A stretch of 54,241 nt of DNA, filler included, from Sphacelaria rigidula (taxonomy: Eukaryota), in assembly GCA_964200075.2 (NCBI GenBank). It is 5 parts of 5 records of this genome, joined end to end, with 100 filler letters (N's around TTAATTAATTAA, not from the genome) between each part and the next. Parts side by side here need not be neighbours in the genome. Positions count along the whole stretch, not along the records: positions 32,607 to 43,374 come from CAXNAA020005948.1; positions 43,475 to 54,241 come from CAXNAA020005949.1; 3 more parts are not named here. The stretch is one strand, 5' to 3'. This document shows positions 36,601 through 48,144 of this stretch, piece by piece. The translations under genes and the position numbers were made by a program. How positions within the stretch are numbered: position 1 is the stretch's first letter; each line of letters opens with the position of its first letter. A model generated the notes under the pieces. It was not told where the DNA came from. It worked only from the letters and a program-made list of their open reading frames with translations, and did no database searches.

Positions 36601-39600
36601 ACATGTTACTTCGCACGTGTACGTAATATTCGCCCCAAAATGCGAGAGAGATGGTACTCAATCAAACAGGCACACAAGAACGAACACTGGAGGAAAACAC
36701 ACTGGCGTGTGATCCGATGGAGCATTACATATACACTGAAAACACTAGATACGCGAGAGAGGGCGAAGTAGCATGAGGTGGCTCAGGTTCTTTTTCTTGT
36801 TTCCACGCATGACCCTTCAGCATCCCGGCCGAGTTTTCCCTCCCCCATCCTACCCTCCAGCGCAAAACTTCGCAAGCGGGAAGGCTTGAATAGAGAAGAA
36901 AAAGACGGCCAGCCGCACGGGGGCAAGCACTCAAAGATCATGTATAAGACGCGCCGTTATCTGTATTGTTCTGTGGCGCCATCATTGCCACTGTGCCGCT
37001 GTCGCCCTTGATGTGCTCCATAGTATGCACCAACAACCGTATACTTTACGGGATACGATACAGAGTGGATCCCAGCACAGTGCGGGAAGGGGGGCGGGGG
37101 CGCCAACCCGGCGTATGACCGCACCATACGGGGACCCCCGCACCATATGTACTTGATGCTAGTATAGCGGATCGGACTCACAAGGAGTGATAGATGATCG
37201 CACTATTGTCGAACCACCGCACTATTGTGAGACCATCGTACTGTAGTGGAACCCATATTGTACCAAAGGTGAATGTGTCCATCACGGGTACGTGGTTCAC
37301 CACCCCCGATCAACCTCTCCGCGGGTGATGAGTTTTCAGCTTTTCTTAGGGTCGTGTCGATGTCTACGTGGGGTACGCAACATCTCACCCCATGAACACG
37401 ACCCTTGTGTGACCATTTTTTTAGATCCCAAATACTCCTTCCCTAGGGGGGGGGGGGGGGGGGTATAAACCTTCGGTAAAAAAATAACCCCCCCGGGGAA
37501 AAGGATTTCCAAAGAAAGTGGGGGNNNNNNNNNNCATACCACATCTCCCCCCCATTAAACCCCTCTTTTTTGTTACTTTTTTTTAACCCCACAACTCCCC
37601 CCCCCGGGGGGGGGGGGGGGGGGTATATACCGTTCCGTACAATATACTCCCTCCTCGGAAAAGGATTTTCCAAGACAATCTGGGTATGACACAGATAGAA
37701 GAGATCGTACGCATATGTGTAGTAATACTAGCGTCCCACCGTCTCGTAAACTCTGTTTTCAAAATAATTGGAGTTCCAGACTAGCCTAGCGGATGGGCGT
37801 GATTGACACGTGCGTAAATCAAACAGCGTCCACTCTGATGGACCGCATACGACCACACCTTCTTTACCGCCTATCTTATGCTGAAAGGTTGTCAGATTAC
37901 ACTAATAATCCATATTATGTGAAAATGTGCCAAGAAGGGAATAATTATCACGCACCGTATCGCCCTCACCGACGTTTTGGGCCGCTTTTCCCCATGGCCA
38001 TCTCCTGCCGGCCACGCAAATTTCTCTTCGCGTTGTGCCTCTACGACCCTTCATTGGATCTTTATCTCGCATTCTATACACACCCATGGCTAGCGAATTC
38101 GTTATTTATCGTGACGAACTAGCATGCACTGCCGCTATACGTTCATCCTCACGGGCGATATGTGAAATTTTACTCCCCGTTCGTGCTTGTCGGCCAATTG
38201 GTATTTTTGGGCGACAACACGACATGCACTGTTGCTTTACGTTCGTGATCATTGACGATTTTTTCATTTTAGGGTGCGTTGCTTTCGGGGGACGAGCTGA
38301 TATGGACTGCCATTCGTGCTCATCGACTAATTAGTGAATTTTTACTCCCCGCTCATGCTCATCGGCGAATTTGCAATTTTTTGCTCATCGGCAAACTTGT
38401 AGTTTTTTACTCCCCGCTCATGCTCATCAGCGATATTGTAAATTTCATTCCGGCCACTTACATATCCCCACAACGACACACTTCGCTTTGGCTCCATGAC
38501 ATCTCAATATCCCGATAAGTGTCCGTCAATTTCCCATCAATATCGACGGCCGACCCGACATGTCAAAAATATTCTCGCCACCACATAACCCCTTGCCCAT
38601 CATTATTTTTGGCGCCCCCAATAGAGCCTCAATTGTGCTGCCAATCTGCAACGCTGAGGACGTCAAGGAGGCAGCATCCGATCTCAAGCTTTCAGCTTGA
38701 ACCGTCCCATGAAGCTTTTCAGGTCGGATGCGACCTCCTTGGCTTCCTCACCCTCGCAGGCTGGCAGCACCTAGGAAGACCGAAGTATGATCCCGCCGAC
38801 CCCGTGTGGGAGGAACCTACAATGCTGTGCCTTGAAGTCCCCCTTGATAGGAAAACCGTTCTCGCCAACTGCACAGGCCGCTCTATCGGGGCCGTCAATG
38901 CACATCACTGGGGGCCGACATAAAAATATACCTACGCCCCTCTTCTGCGAAGGATTGCTGGTCTATTTTTACTCTGTTTTCAAAATATTTGCGCCGTCCG
39001 CTGATTTTTCGATGCATTGTCTTCTCCTCGTCCGAAAACCCCCAAAACGATAAAAAAAACACCCTATCCCATCCGCCACAGTCAAATACGACACACCTAT
39101 CCATCGATGTCATAGAGCTATGGTATCTATAGATGGATGTATGGTGTTTGGTTGTGGTGGAAGGGATGGGGTCGGGGGTTATCATCCTGTTTTGTCCGTC
39201 GCCGAAACCGATGGCAGTACTTTTGATACGTGGCAAACAGAGCATTTAACGGCAAGGAGAGACAAGAATATATTTATTCGAAAAACAAAGAACGATTAAT
39301 AAAACTGCATCCAACGCAACAGTCGTAAAAAATCACCACAACATAAACAACGCGCGCGTGCGTGCGTGCGTGCGTGTGTGCTGCCATCCCATCTCATCTA
39401 TTCTGGACGGCAGTCTACACCTTTCGGTACATGTGGGCGCATCAGCCAGGGCGACAAAGAAGGAAGGTCAACGCGGAAATTTTCTTGCTGTTTGTGTTAG
39501 CACCTCACCTTCCTCCTGCGGCCCTTGCCCAAGTATTTATCGCGAGATGGGTTCATGGGCCCCCTTTACCTCGTCGACCATGAAGTCGGATCTTGTGTGC

Positions 39601-42600
39601 CCACGACATGGTCGCTCTCGACTGTTGAGCATCATGTGAGAAAAAAAACAGGTTGTGTGACTTTACCGACATTCGAACCCATGAACCCACATTCCAACCG
39701 TCTGGAGATTTCGAGTTCACCATCTGAGCCACCGGGGCGGCCGGCAGCACATGTGCAAAACAACTGCTGGAAAAAAATAAAAACGAAAAAGAGTACACTG
39801 GGGGTCAGAGCATGATATTGTCGCGGCGCCTCTTCGACACCACCGGCCGGAAAAGCGAGCTAGCGCCGGCTCCGGCACGCAGCTTCGCATCGGAAACACG
39901 GCTCAGAAGTATCTGATTCTTGGCTCATCACACCCCCTCATACCTCGTCTCGAACGGGATGCATGGTCAATGGTCAAACGACTATAACAAGGCAAGCAAC
40001 AAATAAGTACCCCGCCCTCCCCCTCCCCGCTCGTCGCCCACTTTAGTTAACCCCGAAAAACTGCCGGTGGATGTCAATCTAGTCCAGCGATACCGAAACA
40101 TCTCAATTCTGCTCACCATCAGATCGCAAGATATTTATTTCATACTCATTCACGTCTTGCTGTTTGTCGAACTTTTCAGGGTCGTGTTTAGATAGGGTAT
40201 ACCCGCAAGTGGTCTGTTCCGAATTCACCGGTATGGTCCGGAAGGGTACTTGCTCATATACTGTCGCTTTGGATGTCCTCTAAATGGTCGAATTTCAGCC
40301 GATATACCCTGCAAGACACAACCTTGAAACCTTGGGTGCCCCCCCCCGTCCCCCCTCCCGTGGACGAATCGGTTACCTCAGGTGATTCAATCAACCCAGT
40401 TCTCCCCAGGTGCCTGCCTTACACCTTCGTATCCAGCATGGAATCAGAGCACTCCCGAACACATACGCACACAAACGCACACACACATAGCCATCTCACC
40501 GCTATACGACAGCCCGTTGCTACCGCTATCGGCAGCGAAGTGTGTCAACCCTCCGTCCCGGCACAGCAAACCTTCTCCGCCCCCCAGAGACATCCCCGAC
40601 GCGTCCCTCCCTGACAACGATTGTCCATCGCTCGCGATCGCCGTCACCCCGCCACCGCCACTACTACCACCATTCTTTCCGGCGGCGTTCTGGGTACCGC
40701 CATCACCGTGACCGTTCTCCTCAATCTCGACGTTGTTTTTGCTGTTGCTGTTGATGTCATGGGTATTATTGTCACGCCATGGCTTCCACGAATTTTTCGG
40801 GCGCGGGGATTTCTGGATATTCGTTTCGCCACGGCATGCGAACACCGTGTACATTTTGTCGAGCAACGTATTATTGTTCGCGTGTGCACAGACCGTAGCA
40901 GGTGAGGGGTGGAGGCGGAGCGGAGGGTGTTCATGGATTAACGAAGCAAAGACGGCGTTTGGAAGCGAGGGCAATATATTTGTGTCGGCCTGTATATATA
41001 TATGTACAATATCCATACATACGTACATATATACATGATTATTCCGAGAGAATAACGCACAAAGATGACGCCTAAAAATTGCGGTATAGCAAGTACACTT
41101 CCGAGTATCGTCCTTTTTCTCTCGGCCGCTTGCTTACGCCTTAAGATACTACGGGCTTTTCAAGATTTTGATTTCTTCCTCCTATGTTCCATTTTCAAGA
41201 TTTTGAGTTCATTTTCATTTAACGTTCGACTTCTCCTCCTCCTCCGTGGCCTCAGCGGACCAACTCACCTCTACCTCCGGTAGATTGGAGCCTACCATTT
41301 GAGGTCCTTCAGGTCACTACAGTATATTTTCACGTGTGTGTGGATGTCTCATAATGATAAGAAGCATTCATTCGAGGTTGACTGCGTAAACATAGGGTTC
41401 CTATCCGCGGAGACATCGGATGGCACTAAAAGCACCAACAGGGCCGGTAACAGCAGCAGATGGCGGGTGACGGTGATATTGCTGACTACCGTCAACAAAA
41501 ATCGATACATGGTCCACGGAAGACGTGACCTCAAGTACCGCCCTCGACCCACCCTCTACCCCCCGACACCCACAAAATACATTCCCAATGATCAAGACCG
41601 TCAACGTCCAAAGTCGACTCACCGATGTACGCTCCGCCCGTCCCACACCCCTCCCGACCCCCGCTCCACCCTCTTGCCCTATCACCACCGTGTCTCCCTT
41701 CGCACCAACCGGCGTAGCACCACCATCCAACGCTCCACCGGAACAACGGCCGTCTCTGTCTCCACCGCCGCCGTTGCTGCTGCCGGACGCAGCTTCTGCC
41801 GCGAGCCCTTCCCGATTGACAAGAGCACCCCCATCCGCCACCGGAACATAATCTGCGACACTAGCCTGCACCTCACTACTATTCACGGCGGCGGCCGCGG
41901 AAGTGGAAGTGCCCGCCACGGCCGCTGCTGCCGAGGCCGCTGCCGCCACGGCAGCAAGATATCCCAACACGAGTAACGCTTCTCTGCCTCCAAAATAACC
42001 GTCTCCGCCCCCGCTGTCCACCTCCTCCTTGTCTACCGCGAGAGCACTACGCGCAAATTGCTCCGCTTCGCCGGCGGTGTTGTGGTCATCGTCGCCTGCG
42101 ACAAACGGTTCACCAGGCCTTCCGACTCCCACCTCACCCCCACGGTCGCCCCCGATGGCACCAGATTTACCGCCGACAAGCTCCTGGCCCCTGGAAGCAC
42201 GCGAATTTCGCTCTCTACCGTTACCGCCGCCCGGGCATGCCAGCAGCAGTGCCCCGCCGGCGATCGAAAGTAGAATGTTGATACTATCGTGACGGATATG
42301 CATGCACAGCCGGGCACCGCTGCCACCGCGGTTCACAGTTACACGACGCAAGAAACCCGTGCGGATTCGGTGGCGTAGCCGTCGTTGCATGCTAAGACCC
42401 AGCTGCCGACGATAGGAGTCCTTCAGAGTACGTGGGAAGGGGGCAAGAGCAGGGCGGCGGATATGGGAGGCGGGTACGGAACAGCACATGAGGAGGATAT
42501 GCGTAGGCGGGCGTCGGCACCGTTTCCCATCACTTGCAGGTCGAAAATGAGGAAAAACGAGGTAATTATGAAAAGAGAATTATTTCACGGGCAGGTAGAG

Positions 42601-43185
42601 TAGAGTAAAATCAATTGCGGGGTATTTTGAAAGTCGTACTCAGAGTACACAAATTGGGGGTAGGGTTTCAGGGATCGCTCTCCAGTTATTTTTTGGGTAC
42701 GACTCCAAACACTCTACCCTAATTTGAGTACCTCAAGTGCGTCTTTTAAAATATCCCGCAATTGAGTATACTCTGCTCGACCTGCCCTCGACTTATTCAT
42801 TATTTGAACCGGCGTAGCTCGTCCCGGTGTACGGCGTACGCAGGGATCATCTTCCACAACCAGAGCCAGAGTCAAAGCATCAATGACCGCAACAACAACG
42901 ACTCCGATGACAAGGAGATAAAGTATAAGCACAATGAACAGTAAAAACAACCACGACACCCACTCCACCACTGTCACCACGACCACCGATGACAAGAAGA
43001 TGAAGTACAAGCACAATGAACAATAAAAACGACCACATTGCCCACTCCACCACTATTAATTTCACCACCACCAAATACCAGCAACAGCAACTTCGCTCAC
43101 CATGGGCAAAGACTGCGGGTAGCCCATGTCGAGATGAAAGTGCGGCTGCGCCAGGCCCGCCCCCGGAAGCGAGACACCGAAAAAC
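33700..43185 (-). CDS. CCZ1: CCZ1-like vacuolar fusion protein (Mon1-Ccz1 Rab7 GEF subunit; longin domains 2-3); spliced, 5'-partial
   Basis: Phase-consistent exons: 43185-43101, 42420-41623, 40812-40500, 36042-35678, 35163-33700 (TAA). Blocks occur in the order expected for CCZ1: FFGVSL...DMGYPQSLPMD, LLSIAGGALLLACP...EALLVLGYL, EIWAPRLHP...RLVVYLRGGLCALVSF...DLCRRQADVIG, LIALGETV, LAALDDIHASL, and EEIGIRTSMSKGNRWIIGRRV...ELLAIIEAPILSVGDARAAVKRRF (cf. human EEIIVKAMSDYWVVGKKSDRRELYVIL, recalled). The first longin domain lies beyond the contig end. Confidence 0.75.
37980..38600. repeat. Repeat element with internal sub-repeats (DNA-transposon-like) in CCZ1 intron
   Basis: TTTTACTCCCCG(T/C)TC(G/A)TGCT occurs at ~38168, ~38340 and ~38405, with several related TGCTCATCG motifs. 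Confidence 0.55.
39352..39745 (-). mobile_element. tRNA-derived SINE, apparently full length
   Basis: The minus strand begins GCCGGCCGCCCCGGTGGCTCAGATGG (A box, 39731-39720) and has GGTTCGAAT (B box, 39679-39671). The body is shared with 52051-52290 and 32607-32675. It ends CCAGAATAGATGAGATGGGATGGCAG followed by a (CA)/(GCAC)n tail. Confidence 0.75.
42904..43054. repeat. Two-copy tandem duplication, 82-bp period, in CCZ1 intron
   Basis: CCGATGACAAG.AGAT.AAGTA.AAGCACAATGAACA.TAAAAAC.ACCAC...CCCACTCCACCACT starts at 42904 and 42986. Confidence 0.9.
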
Positions 43186-43374
43186 CTTGATAGTGTTTTC
43201 TGAAAGCATTAAAAAAAAAAAAATGTATGCGGCACCGAGGAGGTACGAGTCGAACGTGAGCAACGCGAAAGTGGACGAGACGACGGCGGCAGCAATGTGG
43301 GGGGGGGGGGGGGGGGGGGACAGGGGGGGCTTGGGGTTTTTTTGCCCAAAAAAAGGAGCTTTTGACAAGCCTCT

Positions 43375-43474
43375 NNNNNNNNNNNNNNNNNNNNNNNNNN
43401 NNNNNNNNNNNNNNNNNNTTAATTAATTAANNNNNNNNNNNNNNNNNNNNNNNNNNNNNNNNNNNNNNNNNNNN
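43375..43474. other. Artificial contig linker
   Basis: N-TTAATTAATTAA-N, 100 nt. Confidence 0.98.
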
Positions 43475-43533
43475 CCTATATAGACGACCCACACATCATC
43501 GTTGTTGTGACCCTTCGTGTCTTTGGTGTGTAG

Positions 43534-43566
<33 letters not shown>

Positions 43567-43909
43567 CTATCGTAGAAAGTGTCGATTGAGAGAGAGAAGC
43601 CATTAATGAATAATTATTTGAGTTCCGAAATGCTCCTCCGGGCCATTATATACGTTTTCTTTCCAGCTCGCCCCTGACGCCTTTGATGTACCTGGGTAGG
43701 TTACCGACGTGGAGCCGTAGCCATACGACAGTGTCACAGGCAAGGAAAAGCACGCACGAAATGAAGAATTGGTCAAGTCAGAGCGAACAGTGAAACTCAC
43801 AATCAGCGCAAGACTTCACACATCGCGAAAACATTGGTAGATGTGCTTTTCGTCTTCCTGGATAATGTCCCCCGCGAACTGGAGTTGACGCGTGGGGATG
43901 GTCGTCAGG

Positions 43910-44123
43910 ACACTTTGTACAAAAGCTTCAAAAGCTTCCCCCCCTCCAAAAAAAAACAGCCCAAAAGTGTCACGAAACAATGGCCATACAGCGCCTGATG
44001 TTGTTTTGTTTTAGGCTGCATGAAGCCACTCATGTGGGCGACATTGACGAGACCCAAGCGTGGGAATTCCCAGCTGCTTGTTGTGCCCGGCTTTTAACAT
44101 TTCGACTCAAGTGAAGATTTTGC
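43910..44123 (+). repeat. Dispersed repeat copy (with ~70-bp insertion) matching 54074-54207
   Basis: Shared AAAAAAACAGCC.AAAAGTGTC...ACCC.AGCGTGGGAATTCCCAGCTGCT.GTTGTG.CCGG.TTTT...TTTCGACTCA...AGATTTTGC. Confidence 0.85.
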
Positions 44124-44296
44124 TTCTCTAAACCAGGTACTTTTGGGGGGGGGGGGGGGGGGGGGGTTAAAAACAACCCCTGGTTACACGCGGGGGGGGG
44201 GGGGGTGGGGGGGGAGGAAAAAGGGGTACGCGGCCGGGGGGTGTGTTTCTGGCTTTTCTTGTTTTTTTATTGGTCTGTGTTTGTTGTTTGTCTTGG

Positions 44297-44334
<38 letters not shown>

Positions 44335-44464
44335 GTCGTAAAAACTACCTCTGGCTACACGCGCAGTGGGACAGTATTGTGTGGAAGATGAAAGAGTTGC
44401 GCGTCCAGTGGGCGCCCTCCTGCGGGAATCAACTGCTCACAGTTCAAGCATGTGGCCAGCACTG

Positions 44465-44710
44465 CGCATCTTTCAAAGTCCTCCGGGCACGGTGTCCATG
44501 CAGCCCTTGCGTTCGGCGTAGCTTCCAGCACCTCCGCATTGAACAGCCGTATTTTCAGAAAAAGCCCGATATTGAGTCGATTGCACAGATCAAAACTCAA
44601 ACCATGCGATCTATATCCTCCGCGTTCAAGGACTGCAATGGTTTACAAATCTCCTGGGTGAAGAAGTGTTCTCTCGCATCACGCCTCCCCATGTGTATTC
44701 AGCCTGCGTT
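44465..44710 (-). mobile_element. Decayed RTE-clade LINE ORF2 fragment (region just downstream of the RT core)
   Basis: Translation EYTWGG...RRI*IAW / FDLCNRLNIGLFLKIRLFNAEVLEA...AWTPCPEDFER resembles the RTE FxYLGG...RRIxxAW...LELYDRPxAxLxLKIRMLxAEVLETxLYGCxTW block. Stops and frameshifts are present. Confidence 0.65.
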
Positions 44711-46089
44711 ACACCTCTTCAAAAAATCATCCTCCAAGCTGTCAGACGACACAATTTCAGAACAGGAACCACAAAAGTTCGAAGGATCGAAACATAAGAA
44801 ATAACTCGTACAAGGCACTTCCCGCTTCGTCCTTCGGCCGCTGCGGTGTCTTTTTGGGAACACTGGTAGTACCGCTCGAGAGAAGTTTGCTTCGACTTTG
44901 CGGGTCAGTAATATAGTGATGGAGATGGAAAATATGAGAAGGGGGGGTGAGGGGGGGCAAGTTTCCAGGCCTATATAGAGGGCTATTTTGAGAAATAGAC
45001 AGCTGTCCAAGTACCCTACGAGTTTTTTCACCCCCTGGTAGGATGAATGAGGGAGAAATATTATATTTCGGTACAAAAATCTTGCGCTGAACAAAACCGA
45101 AAGGAATACCTCAATCTGAATTGTCAATGACTCATTCTCCAGCAAACGAATGGCATAACCAATCAAAACGCACATCTCTTTTTCGACGACCAGTAGCCGT
45201 GGAAGGCCAGCACAGGCTGTCCATGAGTGGAGTTATCATTTCACCACTTCCAAGTCCATACCATACTACTTTCGCACGTCTACTACCCCGCGTCGTTTGG
45301 CCGTGTCGTCCTCATCAAGGAGTTTTTAGTGTGGACAGCGTAAAAAATGTGGCGCTTTTCATGTTGAAAAGATGAGCTGAGCTGCCCTGATCGATGGATC
45401 CACGTCAGTTCTAGTCCTTTGTATGTTTCGGCATTTTTTATTTTTTGTTCCGCCGCTGTTTCACTTTCTTGTTCGCGAAACTCGCCGTAATGAAAAAGTT
45501 GTATACAAATGTAAAAAAATGCCCATCGAGATATGACACGAGAAAAAATGCACACACGCACACATGCACGCACACACAATGAGGGAACCGCGTGGTGCAG
45601 ATGGACTGGCGGTGTACAGCGCTGGCCGGAGCTAAGAAAGTGGGTATTTTGGATATCTGTGACATCAAGCGTGCCCTTCTATAATGATTTTGACCTGTGA
45701 TCCTTGAGAACGTGTGTTCAATTTCAACGCTTTCATGAGCAGCAACGATCTATGTTCGCGTCGTGTCAGAGCCTCATCTTTTGTATATTGTCTTCCCCTT
45801 GTTCAAAGAATAAAGATCATTTCCCAACCCAACCAACAGTCTCATCCCTTCCCCATACATCATTTAACTAACAAATGCATCAATGTTCAAAAACTTTAGT
45901 CCTCTTATTTTTGCAAGATATTGAACATCAAATCGCGCAAAACGAGAAGAAGTTTCCGGGGAAGGCTATGCGGTGTTTTTTTCCCCTTGACGAGTTTTCT
46001 CCTCCTCTTCCAAGAATGCTGTGATTATTTGATGCGCCGTCTCCCTGTTGACCTCTCGAGTTTATTTTTTATTTTTTGCAGGAGCACCT

Positions 46090-46735
46090 GTTCATCGAAA
46101 TCGTGAACGCGGCGCCCTTCACGGGATCACAACGACGGAAAGGGACGGATTTTCCCATCCCGTCGATCTCGAGGGAGCAGATTATCCCCTTCGTCCCCTC
46201 TCGTTCTCCAGGGGCGCACTTCCTGCCCCGTCATTTTTTGCAACGGGAAAATTTCGTGTCGTGTCCCGACCCCGGCCTGTTTTTTCCTGTTTCCGTCTCG
46301 TACTCAAGGGACGTTAGCGACTGTTCCCCGTTACGTTTTCATGGGACCTCCTTCTCGTCCCCGCGGTAAACTTGAATTCACCTTGGAGTTTACTGTACGG
46401 ACCTTTGTCAGATCGGAATCATTCATTCGAAGAAAAAAATCAACACTCGAAAACAAAAATTGCTGATGCGTCAAGACATCGCTCGTACGAAGTTCTGGTC
46501 TCAGCGCACATATTTCGGGATTATTGTTATTATTATTATTATTTCCGCACATGGTCCGATCTCGCGAACCCGTGGTCACAGACGTAGGCTCGCCTTTCCA
46601 ATACCGTCCCTGCTATTCCTTACCAGACGAGGGTACATTATTCCCGTGTCAAAGTAGGGCGGGACGGAACGACACGGGACGCGAAGATCCCGTCCCGTCC
46701 CGTTTTCCCGTCAAAAAGTCTGCATGAAAGTCATG
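46090..46735. repeat. GGGACGG/CCCGTCCC-rich non-autonomous DNA-transposon-like element
   Basis: Clusters of GGGACGG, CCCGTCCC and ACGGGAAAA motifs at 46120-46360 and 46650-46712. Confidence 0.5.
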
Positions 46736-47797
46736 GTTGTGTTTATCGGTTATCATGGGTCCAAAATCACCACGCTCGAGTCACAAGGGGTGACAACAAG
46801 TTCGTTGACTTTTGCCAGTTTGCCAAGATTTGACGAGTGAAACATACAAAAAAAGGAGTGAAATTTCGAGATGAAATAGAAGGCATTCGGCGATGAACCC
46901 CAACCATGGGTTACTGTGCTTGTCTGTGTTGCTCCCCCCCCCCCGAAAAAAAAAAAACCCCGTGGTTTTTTAATTTTTTTTTCTTCTTAATTTATTAAAA
47001 TACCATTCACCATCATTCAATTGGCGTCAGTGAATGGCCACGGGTTATCACTGTGAAGATGAATGCTGGCTTATTTCATCTCTCTCCATTATCGTCATTA
47101 TCCATCCGGCTTGTGCTGAGCGGATTTGGCTCCACCCTGCAGTGTATCCTTGGTGGATGCGTGATCCCAATTTTTAACTCTATAACCCTGTTTTTTCATG
47201 GTTTGATGGATGTGCACAGACAACGTTTTTTTCAGTCTACCAAAGCTTTGTTTTTCTTCTTTCATCTCGTTGTGATTCATCGCAACGAACGCCGTGCATT
47301 TCCAAAGCCGTTCTGTCGTGTTGGAGAATATGACGCCGCGGTCGGTTTGCGAGATTGTCGCCCGGGTGGCTTGTGTGTTGCAGACAAATCCTTGAATCGG
47401 TCTATATTCGTGGACGGGTACGTGCATGTCTAGTTCCCTTGCCGACGAAGCATTTCAGGCGGGGTCTTTCGGTCTCCAAAACGATTTCTCTAGTGATGGC
47501 TCTTTTAGCTACTGTGATTATTCGCAGCCATGTTTTTTCGTCAAGAAGGTCCTGTGTGCATCGTGCCGCCCAAAAAAAAACATGCTCTACTGTCCAATAT
47601 GCACTGGACATTGCAGTAACTCGTCCTACAATCAATCAATGCTGCCCATGTTGGCTTTTTTCTTATTTTTTCCTCGTGTCCTCAGCTATTCATTCCGCTT
47701 TCCCCCCCCCCCCATCTTACAATCTTTGCTACACGGCAAAAAACGATATATATATATATATAAATAATATATATATATGGACAAAAATCCAGCCGAG

Positions 47798-48077
47798 ATG
47801 GGAGACGGATGGGACGAGTCGGATGACGTCTTGCCACAGGTCGAATTGCCCGACACGCCGGACTGCAATGCTCTCATGGCGGTGCTCCGCCTATACGACC
47901 ATGCAAGGCTGGAGAACAAGAGGATGGGGGTCGTCAGCAGCAGGCCAGGGTGGGGAGTGGACGAGAACATCGAGAATTGGGACGGCGTGTACCTGGACAT
48001 GAACGACAGGGTAGTTGCGCTCGATGTTGACGGAGACCCCGAGAACCGGCAGGCGGTTTTGATCGGTGAGAGGGGAT

Positions 48078-48144
<67 letters not shown>

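Noticed and set aside
37400-37685. Apparent duplication around a 10-N gap
   Set aside because: One copy is a homopolymer-degraded version of the other next to poly-G; assembly/sequencing artefact.
39660-39745. tRNA gene
   Set aside because: A and B boxes are present, but there is no convincing cloverleaf and it is fused to a multi-copy body; treated as a SINE head.
42714-43016. Hydrophobic ORF as a CCZ1 exon or membrane protein
   Set aside because: It arises from the 82-bp tandem duplication; the CCZ1 exon chain 43101/42420 is phase-consistent without it.
44140-44375. Gly-rich ORFs and duplicated AAAACTACCTCTGGCTACACGCG motif
   Set aside because: Poly-G read-quality artefact producing a degraded duplicate.
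47050-47640. Overlapping 100-215-aa ORFs upstream of the LRR gene (TVEHVFF zinc-knuckle-like motif)
   Set aside because: No splice-consistent model or recognisable domain; at most a decayed TE relic.
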